DNA of 42,997 nt. It comes from a virus (taxonomy: Duplodnaviria > Caudoviricetes). The notes beneath the pieces were generated by a model that was not told where the DNA came from, ran no database searches, and saw only the letters and a list, made by a program, of their open reading frames with translations. Within the stretch, counting starts at the first letter, position 1. Each line of letters opens with the position of its first letter. Positions 18,519 through 26,793 of the stretch are shown here, in pieces. The stretch covers positions 1-42,997 of the IMG/VR virus record IMGVR_UViG_3300013101_000023; one strand, given 5' to 3'. The position numbers and the translations under genes are program-made.

Positions 18519-21155
18519 TTATACCGCCGTTCTCAGTGCGTAGTGTGAGGCGTTACTGACTATATCACCTGCAGCGATGGGCACGTAGGGCCTCTCACTA
18601 ATAATCACATCATCATCAACATACAGGGCCATAGTTGAGCCCGTGAGGACCACTTGTATCGGGTGAGTTCCATTTGCTGTTGGGAAAGTAATAATATTAC
18701 CGGAGCCGTCGTCTAGCTTAATGCCTTTAGTAGTTTTCTGTAGGGATACGTCATCAATAACTATATCATTTACGTCATCCCGCCCCCCGATATATATATA
18801 CGCTCTAGCAAATCCCTGTGTGAATTTAACCTCATTAATTCCTATTACAGCAGCACCTGACGGAATAATATCAAAAGAAGAAGATGCATTAGGCGCGTTG
18901 ACGGTCCCTACTCGCACCTGGGAGAGATTATTAGTCGATACAAGGTCGAAAGTTAATATATACTCGCTCCCATCTACTAAATTGACTAGTGAATATAGCC
19001 CTAGATTATCCCCCGGGATGGCCGTGGCTTTCCCGTATCCCGGCGCTTCCCATTCAATAGCTGCTGAAACATCGGTAGAAGATTCCCACCCATCCATATT
19101 TGTATCAAAGGTACCATTAACAACTAGCTCATTTCCATCCGCTACATCACCATAAGTAAGCAGCGGCACCCCGCCAATATTCAATATGTCACAATCCCGA
19201 CCATCAGCTTTAAATTGAAGCTTGATATCAGAATCAGCTGGGTCAATATTAGCTGCTGGGTAGATGTAATCTAGCTGGTCAATACTGGCTGCTGTGGTGG
19301 TTGTTGGGGTATATACACCCATAGAGCTACCAATTTCGTAATGAGAACCACCAATATATACCCCTGAAACACCATCCCCTAAGAAAGACGAAGATACCCC
19401 ATCATCAGCTATAAATAGAGGATATAAGTAATTATTGCCTGAGTCGGTCGGGGTTATCCGTAAAAAAACTCGCATCCAGCCATTACCCAATATTTCTATC
19501 TTGGAATTACTAGGGTCGGCTGTGGGTGCAATAGTTTTATTCAAAACATCAACCAACACCGACCTTTCTGTGTTTAAATCTAATCCTAATGAACTAACAC
19601 CCCCTACAGATATTCGGATATATCTATGCGATTTATATTTTAAGTGGGTAGAATATACACTAGTCTCCCCGGCTACAAACGATATAGATGGAGTTCTAAC
19701 ACGGTGGTTCCCCGTGCTTGTGTCTAATGTGGCATATTGGGCGATAGCCTGCCCTAAAATATCAAGCGAAGTGTCTACGGCATCAGTGCAGCCATCTTTT
19801 ACCCAATAAACATCCGAAATATCGTTACTATTGGTAATTAAATTAGTGGTAGCATCGTTAGCCTGCAGCCAAGGATGGGGAGAAAGCAATAATCCATTTA
19901 TATCAGTTGCGTAAGTTCCGTCAGACTCAGACTCTACTAGAGGCACACCTGCTGTATTTAAGGGTTCAACTCCTAAAGCATCAAATACATACAAAAAACA
20001 GTCTGATATATTAGATAAACTACCAATCCTCATTTCAACTGTTATTGTATCTTCAGTCCAAGTTATGGGTAATTGTATCTCCTGCTTTGACTCTACTGTT
20101 TCATCCCACTCAGAGCTATCTGAAATTATAACCCTATGATAACTATCATCCACATACAAACAGTCGTGATATAGTAAAGATCCTGATTGGGTCCCATTAG
20201 ATACTTGCTCTTGATATATCGTATCATAATTCCCAGGTTTTTCAGTGGAACTCATTTTTACAACAGCATTTATTCCTAATTTACCGTTCTGATTAAAATT
20301 CCATATACCATCAGTAGCATCTTGACTACCCGCTTTGTAATTTATTTGCACAGTAACCCAATCTTCCGGTATTTGTGCCGTTAAATTACTCCATGAACCT
20401 GGTTCTTTAGTGCTATCCGTCCCTTCACAACTAACAGAGTAATTTGGTGCAAGTGGAGAATACCCATCTACATTGGTATATATACTATTATATTCATCTG
20501 ATTCATTCCAGTATCTAATAATTTTATAGTTAAATGTTCTAAACACTCCCTCAGGCTCAGCATTTTCCATGCTAACACCTGTATTGGTTGTCATTACCTC
20601 TGTGTTTATAAAATCTATTGACTCATCTGATACAGAGCCACTACCTTCTATATTAGAATATAAAATTCGAGTAGTAGTGGCGCCTGTATCGACATCAATA
20701 ACTGTACCAGTAGCCCCTGATGATACACCAGTAACTGCATCTCCCGCCTCTATACTTCCGCCCGATATAGAACTATTATTTACGATAGTTCTGATCGAAT
20801 AATCTGTAGTTATATCAAAATCAGAGTATGACTTTCTAAATAAATACATTTCACTACTATTTAAAACTAGCCCCCCTAAAGCTGCTGATTCTGAAAATGA
20901 TAAATCATATAAAAATGATTTATTCGATCCGGGGGCAACAATAGCAGTTGTCTCTGTACTATTATTTGCTGTATCCCATGACGTTTTTCTACTTAGAGAA
21001 GAAATGCCACCATCAGCATTCCAGAAAAATAATGGTTTAGGATTAGTTTTTACTGTGAAATCGTAAACACCCGATGTTTGTATTGTTAATGTGGCACCAT
21101 TGCTAAGAGTATCATCAACACTCCAACTTAAATTTTTATTTCCACCACTAATCAT
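18519..21155 (-). CDS. Large beta-rich virion fibre/spike with carbohydrate-binding-like domains
   Basis: 878 aa, S/T/D/G-rich. TNLITNS, GNGWMR and NELVVNGTFD motifs seen in phage head/tail fibres. AT-rich. Confidence 0.65.
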   Translation of the reverse strand: MISGGNKNLSWSVDDTLSNGATLTIQTSGVYDFTVKTNPKPLFFWNADGGISSLSRKTSWDTANNSTETTAIVAPGSNKSFLYDLSFSESAALGGLVLNSSEMYLFRKSYSDFDITTDYSIRTIVNNSSISGGSIEAGDAVTGVSSGATGTVIDVDTGATTTRILYSNIEGSGSVSDESIDFINTEVMTTNTGVSMENAEPEGVFRTFNYKIIRYWNESDEYNSIYTNVDGYSPLAPNYSVSCEGTDSTKEPGSWSNLTAQIPEDWVTVQINYKAGSQDATDGIWNFNQNGKLGINAVVKMSSTEKPGNYDTIYQEQVSNGTQSGSLLYHDCLYVDDSYHRVIISDSSEWDETVESKQEIQLPITWTEDTITVEMRIGSLSNISDCFLYVFDALGVEPLNTAGVPLVESESDGTYATDINGLLLSPHPWLQANDATTNLITNSNDISDVYWVKDGCTDAVDTSLDILGQAIAQYATLDTSTGNHRVRTPSISFVAGETSVYSTHLKYKSHRYIRISVGGVSSLGLDLNTERSVLVDVLNKTIAPTADPSNSKIEILGNGWMRVFLRITPTDSGNNYLYPLFIADDGVSSSFLGDGVSGVYIGGSHYEIGSSMGVYTPTTTTAASIDQLDYIYPAANIDPADSDIKLQFKADGRDCDILNIGGVPLLTYGDVADGNELVVNGTFDTNMDGWESSTDVSAAIEWEAPGYGKATAIPGDNLGLYSLVNLVDGSEYILTFDLVSTNNLSQVRVGTVNAPNASSSFDIIPSGAAVIGINEVKFTQGFARAYIYIGGRDDVNDIVIDDVSLQKTTKGIKLDDGSGNIITFPTANGTHPIQVVLTGSTMALYVDDDVIISERPYVPIAAGDIVSNASHYALRTAV

Positions 21156-22467
21156 AAGTAAAAGGTCCTATATCGTAAGGAATGGTAATAGTATTACCAA
21201 TAATATCTGATGTAAAAGTAGAAGATAAATCTTCTCCTTGATCTATTAATGTAGACCCAGCTGCTATAGAATAATCTCCAGTTGACGGAGATGTAAAATC
21301 TACACCATCAGCAGAAGATACATTGAATACTGAAAATGCAGCATGACCTGACGCAGCTGATGTTGCGTTGTTAGCTGAATCGCTGTGAAGCAATAAACTT
21401 GTATCTGTACAATTTATTGCCACACAATTTTTTATCTTAATTTCTCTTGCTGACTTATCAAAATTAATGAATCTATGATTAAACGCTGAGTTAGCTATAT
21501 TATCCCAAACTCCTTCAATACCTACAGATCCAGCCGATAGTACATCTGATATAAACACGCATGAATAACTTTCTGACAATAGCCCACTAAGAACGAGTGA
21601 TCTAGCCCCTACAGTGCCATTAATGTGAGTTATATTATTATAGAATTTATTATTTATTCCCGAAAGTGTAATTATAATTGATGATGATGCCCCTGCTTGT
21701 TCTGTCCTGAAAGCAAAATCATATATCTGTAAATAAGGAGAATTCCAAGTAAACGTTTTCCACTCATTAATTTGCATCCATGGGCCTGAATCATAAGAAT
21801 TGCCGTCATGTTTTTCTGTAGCAGCACCTCTTAATACCAGATAGCCTTCTTCATCTGTTATAGTGCTAGGCATAATGTCAACTCTATCTATTCCTGACGG
21901 AAAATCATTATATGCTTCCAATATCCATATTTCTTTAGAGCCTGTGCCTCCCGATATATCGGCTGGAATGCTAGAGGCCCAACTAGCCAACGTTGTATGA
22001 TAGCCGTTAACTCCGTAAATAGCCTCCATTTCTGCTTGATTAGCTGTCCACTCGGTATCAGACCTTAGAGCAAATTTAATCACCTCTGCTACGGGAGGAC
22101 CGGGTAACGGCGGCGTAGCCACTACTCTGCCTCCTTGCCACACTGGAGCATCAATAGCATACGGGTGATAAACACCCTGATAATCTAAGGCTAGTATTTC
22201 AGTGCTGTGAACAGATGTGGCTGGGGTTACGCCTTTAGGCATGAGGTTTAGGATGTCGCCGTCAACAGCAACATTTTGAACGTCTGTTTCTGCCTTGTAT
22301 CCGACGATAAAACTGAAGCCATCGAATACCGGCGCCGAAGAACTCCCGCCCCGTATAAAGTTCCCAGTACCATGTACCAGGTGGCTTGATAAATTTGCTG
22401 CCTTATGGAACAGGGGCCCGCATAGGCCACGTGCTCTGTGCATTAATAGTGGTCTTAATCGGGGCAT
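21148..22467 (-). CDS. Virion fibre/spike protein with pectin-lyase-like C-terminal region
   Basis: C-terminal DYSIAAGSTLIDQG..DIIG..YDIGPF motif typical of beta-helix proteins. AT-rich after about residue 125. Confidence 0.6.
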   Translation of the reverse strand: MPRLRPLLMHRARGLCGPLFHKAANLSSHLVHGTGNFIRGGSSSAPVFDGFSFIVGYKAETDVQNVAVDGDILNLMPKGVTPATSVHSTEILALDYQGVYHPYAIDAPVWQGGRVVATPPLPGPPVAEVIKFALRSDTEWTANQAEMEAIYGVNGYHTTLASWASSIPADISGGTGSKEIWILEAYNDFPSGIDRVDIMPSTITDEEGYLVLRGAATEKHDGNSYDSGPWMQINEWKTFTWNSPYLQIYDFAFRTEQAGASSSIIITLSGINNKFYNNITHINGTVGARSLVLSGLLSESYSCVFISDVLSAGSVGIEGVWDNIANSAFNHRFINFDKSAREIKIKNCVAINCTDTSLLLHSDSANNATSAASGHAAFSVFNVSSADGVDFTSPSTGDYSIAAGSTLIDQGEDLSSTFTSDIIGNTITIPYDIGPFTYD

Positions 22468-22476
22468 GTTAACTCC

Positions 22477-22743
22477 TTACGCTACGACAGAAGGGGGCAC
22501 GCTGCAGCAGCCCATGTCACTTTTAGGAATATTGCCGCCAGCACTTTCTTGCGCCTTGGTCCAGCCACGATCCCAGGCATCACCATCCGGCGAGCCAGCA
22601 ACATGAGGATTGCCGTCAATTGAGGCAGTAATAGCATTGCCCGTTGTTCGGTACAACATTCCTTCGCAATACGCCTTAGAGTTGCTTAGACGAGCCGCCC
22701 CCGCGTTGTTCATCACTTCGCCTGTACATAATTTACCGGCCAT
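22477..22743 (-). CDS. Small protein with Rmf/CrpP-like motif
   Basis: KAYCEG...NPH......AWDRGW. Confidence 0.5.
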   Translation of the reverse strand: MAGKLCTGEVMNNAGAARLSNSKAYCEGMLYRTTGNAITASIDGNPHVAGSPDGDAWDRGWTKAQESAGGNIPKSDMGCCSVPPSVVA

Positions 22744-22753
22744 GTTATTCCCC

Positions 22754-23080
22754 TTACGTTATGATTCTGCTGCCTTCTTTGGGGGCCTGGATCAGGCACA
22801 ACTTACCCTCGGATGACTTTAAAAACCGGTCCATTTCAGTTCCGGCGAACTTGTGATCGTGGTTGTTGAGATCGTATCCAGCACGAATCGCTGCCTCGTA
22901 CATGATGATCGGGATGGAGGCCACCTGTCGACCAAAACTCATGTCCTTGAGGGCGCCCGGATTCTTGCGTAACTCGGCGTTACGTTCCAGGATTAAATCT
23001 TCCGAGGGCTGGGTGGTCTCATGTGACACTACGCCGGTGTGCGGCTGGTGGTGGTACCTGGACTGAATCACCGCATCCAT
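22754..23080 (-). CDS. Conserved head-associated hypothetical protein
   Basis: GRQVASIP motif, downstream of the capsid gene in this phage type. Confidence 0.65.
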   Translation of the reverse strand: MDAVIQSRYHHQPHTGVVSHETTQPSEDLILERNAELRKNPGALKDMSFGRQVASIPIIMYEAAIRAGYDLNNHDHKFAGTEMDRFLKSSEGKLCLIQAPKEGSRIIT

Positions 23081-23280
23081 TATAAGAACCCGTTTTTGTT
23101 TTCGGGTTTCTTAGCACCTTTCTTGGGTGCTGGTGCTGGTGCTGCCTTGCAGTCTTCAACCCTGCCATTTGACACCAGTAACCTATATTCTGTGGTGGTA
23201 AGCTCACACACACTCCCGGGCTTGCATTCGCCTGACTCCGGGTGGATGGATGACTTGCTTATGTTCTTTACTTTATGCAT
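23080..23280 (-). CDS. Hypothetical protein
   Basis: GAGAGA RBS, Lys/Pro-rich tail, follows the capsid gene. Confidence 0.6.
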   Translation of the reverse strand: MHKVKNISKSSIHPESGECKPGSVCELTTTEYRLLVSNGRVEDCKAAPAPAPKKGAKKPENKNGFL

Positions 23281-23298
23281 GTTATCTCTCGATTAAAG

Positions 23299-23328
23299 AG
23301 GGCCCCTGAGACACTAAACAGGGGCCCT
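23299..23328 (-). terminator. Hairpin/terminator after the major capsid gene
   Basis: AGGGCCCCTG..CAGGGGCCCT inverted repeat, short T tract on the minus strand. Confidence 0.6.
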
Positions 23329-23342
23329 ACATTACGTTGGGG

Positions 23343-24398
23343 TTACTCTGCAGTAACGGCCAATGTTGGGTCAACCGATGCAATGACACCGTGCGCTTTC
23401 TCTGTATTCACGATCAAAGAGAAATCAACACTCATCTGACGGTTTTCTGCTAGACCAGTTTTAGCTAAAGAATCCGTGCGGTACCCTTTCAGGAAGCACT
23501 GAGACAAGTAACTAGGGTCTAAGATAAACACGTCGGCATATGCAGCAGTTAAAGATGGATTCGCGTACAACGCATCATACTTTAACTGTAAACGGTTAGG
23601 AACAAACTTCAAAGTACCAAAGTCAGTCACAAAGACGTTGACAGAGCCCAGTGCTGCTGCGCTCTCGCGGCTTTTGCCCTGGTCACTCATTAGAGAAGCC
23701 ACTCGAGCCGAACTAGTGAACAGGTACTCAGAGAACTTGCGAATAACACCCGGCACAGTCATCAAGATTGTTGGATCGCCGCCCTGCTCGTAGATGCTCT
23801 CTACAACGTCACGGACTGCTTTCTCTGTAAGCGCAATACCAGCAGCAGTCGCTGTTGGCACCACAGTTTTAGAGGTAGACACGTCGAATCCGACGGGAGT
23901 GGTTAAGTTAACCGTGTTAGACACCAACCAGGTTGGCAAGCCACCCACTTTACCCGGGACCGCATCGCCGTTATCTGCGACTGAAGCCTGGTTCAATAGA
24001 GAGATAGCCTCGACATCGCGACGCAGCTCTTGCTGTCGTCTCATCAACTGGTAGCTAAGCTCTTTAGCTCGGCCAATCGTATCAGAGGCATCAGCACGGT
24101 AAGAAACGCGCACAACCTTATCTGCGATCTGGTGGTGGTTACCTACACGAAGGCCCGTCTTGGTATCGTTGCCCGAGGCATCGGCACCATCCACGACGGC
24201 ATTAGTAGGATCCGGAGCCGCTAGTTCGTCAGTGGTCCATTCTTTGTATTCGTTCTTTGCAGAACCGGAACCGATCATATCGGTAAATGGTAGGGGCACC
24301 TTGCTGATGTCCCATATTTTATTCATTACGTCTTCACGAATTAATCCGTTGACGTCAACGCCTTTTAGGTCGGCGCTGTCTAAATTTGCGGTAGACAT
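23343..24398 (-). CDS. Major capsid protein (DUF5309/SU10-like, HK97 fold)
   Basis: REDV, EWTTDEL, GNHHQI..K, ELSYQ..ELRRDVE, TDFG..VPNR, LAKTG motifs. Follows the scaffold gene. Confidence 0.9.
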   Translation of the reverse strand: MSTANLDSADLKGVDVNGLIREDVMNKIWDISKVPLPFTDMIGSGSAKNEYKEWTTDELAAPDPTNAVVDGADASGNDTKTGLRVGNHHQIADKVVRVSYRADASDTIGRAKELSYQLMRRQQELRRDVEAISLLNQASVADNGDAVPGKVGGLPTWLVSNTVNLTTPVGFDVSTSKTVVPTATAAGIALTEKAVRDVVESIYEQGGDPTILMTVPGVIRKFSEYLFTSSARVASLMSDQGKSRESAAALGSVNVFVTDFGTLKFVPNRLQLKYDALYANPSLTAAYADVFILDPSYLSQCFLKGYRTDSLAKTGLAENRQMSVDFSLIVNTEKAHGVIASVDPTLAVTAE

Positions 24399-24402
24399 GT
24401 GT

Positions 24403-25488
24403 CTATCCTCCTGATAATAACTCGGCTACTGCGTCAACCTGGGCTGCTCTTTGAGCGCCTCCGGATGCGCTTTGGGCCGCGCGGGTTAGTTGGTCCAACT
24501 TAGAAACCTTCTTGCGTTTCTTTCCTTTGGACTTCTGCATTTTAGGCACAATCTTCAGCTTCTTTTCAGCAACTTTTGACCCTTTACGATACGCCATTGC
24601 ATCCTTAATCAAGGCTACCTGGCGCGCATCTACAACCTGTTCAATTTCCGAATCCACGTACCCGTACTCATTCGTTAAGAAGTCCCGCATCTCGCCCCGG
24701 GCTGCTTCAAACGTGGCCTGGTCATTCCAGGTCGGGTTTGCATCCATCATGATCTGTTTCTGAGCTTGCACGAACGATCCGTGGGCTTCTTGAAACTTCT
24801 GATGCTGCTGCTGGTCCATCTGCTGCTTTTGCTGGGCTAACTGCTGCTGGACTCCCTGTATCTGGTTATACCGCACGGATTGATCTTGCTGTCGTGCTGC
24901 GTACTCCGCAGGGTCCTGAGCTCTTAGTGTATCCCAGTCGGTCTTTTCAAACTCTTGTAAAAGTTCGTGTTGTAGTCTTTGGGTTAGGGCCTCATTCTGC
25001 TGTAATCCGGCTTGTATTTCGGTCACCCGGATCTGTGCCTGTTCCTCAAAACCTTTGCGCTCGTCTGCGAGTGCTTTCGATTTTAGGGTATTAGCTTTCT
25101 GGGTTTGATATCCGGCAAGTACTTCATTAAATTTGACCTGGCTTTTTACGCCATTGATGTTAGTCGAAATTAATAAGTCGCCTGATTCTTCACTGACTGA
25201 TACCTGATCATCGTTCAGGCCCAGTAGTTGGGATAAGGTCCGGTCGTCATCTCCATCTGCTTCTGCAGTTTCGCCGTCGTCATCATCAGTGCTAGTCTCG
25301 TCGTTATCAGGGTCGCTTTCGTCTTCATCGACTTCTGCGCTGTCCTGGTCAACTGAGCCCGCGTCTTCATCTGTTTCGGGGTCTTCTGTTTCGTTCTTGT
25401 CGCTCTCGGTGCCTAGTAAAAGGTCCGAGATTGCGTCTGTGGGATCACCGGTCGCCTCGGTTGAGGTTGGAATAGTTGAATCTGCCAT
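24403..25488 (-). CDS. Capsid scaffolding protein
   Basis: Acidic N-terminus, GYQ..ANT.K, DWDTLRAQDPAEY, coiled coil, basic C-terminus. Confidence 0.85.
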   Translation of the reverse strand: MADSTIPTSTEATGDPTDAISDLLLGTESDKNETEDPETDEDAGSVDQDSAEVDEDESDPDNDETSTDDDDGETAEADGDDDRTLSQLLGLNDDQVSVSEESGDLLISTNINGVKSQVKFNEVLAGYQTQKANTLKSKALADERKGFEEQAQIRVTEIQAGLQQNEALTQRLQHELLQEFEKTDWDTLRAQDPAEYAARQQDQSVRYNQIQGVQQQLAQQKQQMDQQQHQKFQEAHGSFVQAQKQIMMDANPTWNDQATFEAARGEMRDFLTNEYGYVDSEIEQVVDARQVALIKDAMAYRKGSKVAEKKLKIVPKMQKSKGKKRKKVSKLDQLTRAAQSASGGAQRAAQVDAVAELLSGG

Positions 25489-25502
25489 AATATATACTCT
25501 AC

Positions 25503-25814
25503 TTATTTATTGTTGTCAAGATACTGGGCCTGTTTGAGGAGGTATCCCTCAAGTGCCCATATTTTATCAATCGCATTTTCCCGGGCTACTTCCTGCCCTA
25601 TTTCAGCATTAAAATTCTCAGGGCTAACGCAAGCACTCTCCCCGGTTACCGTAAAACCGTTCACCAGGGTCAGTACGCACACCGTCAACATGGTTTCAGG
25701 GAACACATGGTACACATCCTTTACGATGGTATCTTTGATGTGCTCTGGGGTGATCCGAGGCGCATTTAGTCCCGCAGCCTGGATCATTCTTTCTATTCTG
25801 TCATCATTACTCAT
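25503..25814 (-). CDS. N4 Gp49/Sf6 gp66-family protein (Acb4-like anti-CBASS sponge candidate)
   Basis: APRITP, LTVCVLTLVNGFTVTGESACVSPENFNAEIG..IWALEGYLLK family signature. Confidence 0.85.
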   Translation of the reverse strand: MSNDDRIERMIQAAGLNAPRITPEHIKDTIVKDVYHVFPETMLTVCVLTLVNGFTVTGESACVSPENFNAEIGQEVARENAIDKIWALEGYLLKQAQYLDNNK

Positions 25815-26083
25815 TGTTGTGCCTCTAGGTTGATGGCCGCCTGGGCCAGCTTTCCCGTGTCCATCACAGTCTGTACTTCACTCTGCAGAGCCTGCAGAGC
25901 TTTGCTCATGTAGTGGATCTCGGATAACTTGGTTCCGTTCCCTATGGGTGTTTCTCTGAATGCGGTCAGCAACTGTGCCTCTTTCTTGGCGAAAAACTCG
26001 TCAATCCAGACCTCTTTTCTGCGGCGCATGTCCTGGGCTGCGTCCACCTCGTTCTCTACTTGTTCTCTTGCTCTCGGGTCCAT
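25811..26083 (-). CDS. Conserved small protein downstream of the portal
   Basis: Helical, ends DTGKLA, a motif typical of the post-portal gene. Confidence 0.7.
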   Translation of the reverse strand: MDPRAREQVENEVDAAQDMRRRKEVWIDEFFAKKEAQLLTAFRETPIGNGTKLSEIHYMSKALQALQSEVQTVMDTGKLAQAAINLEAQQ

Positions 26084-26142
26084 AATAGTGTCTCTCTGTT
26101 GGTTAAGCCAATAGGCCTTGGGATTGCTGCAGGTATTCTTGT

Positions 26143-26592
26143 CTATCCGGCTTTCAGGGTTTCCTGATGCATCAAAGTGTCTGGTCTCCCTTCAAATGGC
26201 TGCATAATGGGTGCCAATCCTCCCGCGATTGATTGTAAATTTTCCTGTCTTCGTACGGTTCGGGGCTTGTAGGTGAGTTGGGCTTCGACCCCCCGCTGGG
26301 CTCTGAAGGCGGCTTCCATCGGGGCCTCCCCTCCTCTAGCGGCGTCAAGTAGCCCGATTCCGGTTCCCACGAGTCCTGCTGGTACTGCTGACGCAATAGC
26401 TGACCCCATCGTGAGCACTGGATCCGCAATCTCTTGAAGTGAATAGCCGCCTGTATTGTGGCGGCCTCGCTGTTTTGACTTCTTTGATCTGCTCTCATCT
26501 TTGATCTGCTCCCATGACATCGCATCACGAGGCATATAGCCGGTGACCGGGTTGAGTTGAAATCTGTTACGTGGATCGTTGCGGCCCGCCAT
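26143..26592 (-). CDS. Hypothetical, possibly truncated virion cargo protein
   Basis: AVPAGLVG..LTYKPRT segment resembling ejection-protein N-termini. Confidence 0.5.
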   Translation of the reverse strand: MAGRNDPRNRFQLNPVTGYMPRDAMSWEQIKDESRSKKSKQRGRHNTGGYSLQEIADPVLTMGSAIASAVPAGLVGTGIGLLDAARGGEAPMEAAFRAQRGVEAQLTYKPRTVRRQENLQSIAGGLAPIMQPFEGRPDTLMHQETLKAG

Positions 26593-26593
26593 T

Positions 26594-26791
26594 TTAACCC
26601 CCTAGTATCCTGAGGAACGAGCGCAGCTCATTAGCTGCCTGCTGGATGCCTGCGGCCTTGCCCATCTCTTCGTAATGAACACGGTGGCCTGAGTCAGAGT
26701 CCTCTACTTTGTCGTTGCGCTCGCACGCTATCCGGGCTCGATCATCCCGGGCATTCGCCAGGGCATCCAGTAGTACGATGTCAATTTGCAT
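26594..26791 (-). CDS. Hypothetical protein
   Basis: GAGG RBS, tightly packed after the portal. Confidence 0.55.
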   Translation of the reverse strand: MQIDIVLLDALANARDDRARIACERNDKVEDSDSGHRVHYEEMGKAAGIQQAANELRSFLRILGG

Positions 26792-26793
26792 AA

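Noticed and set aside
12025-22467. Diversity-generating retroelement acting on the tail fibres
   Set aside because: No reverse transcriptase, and no TR/VR repeat pair noticed.
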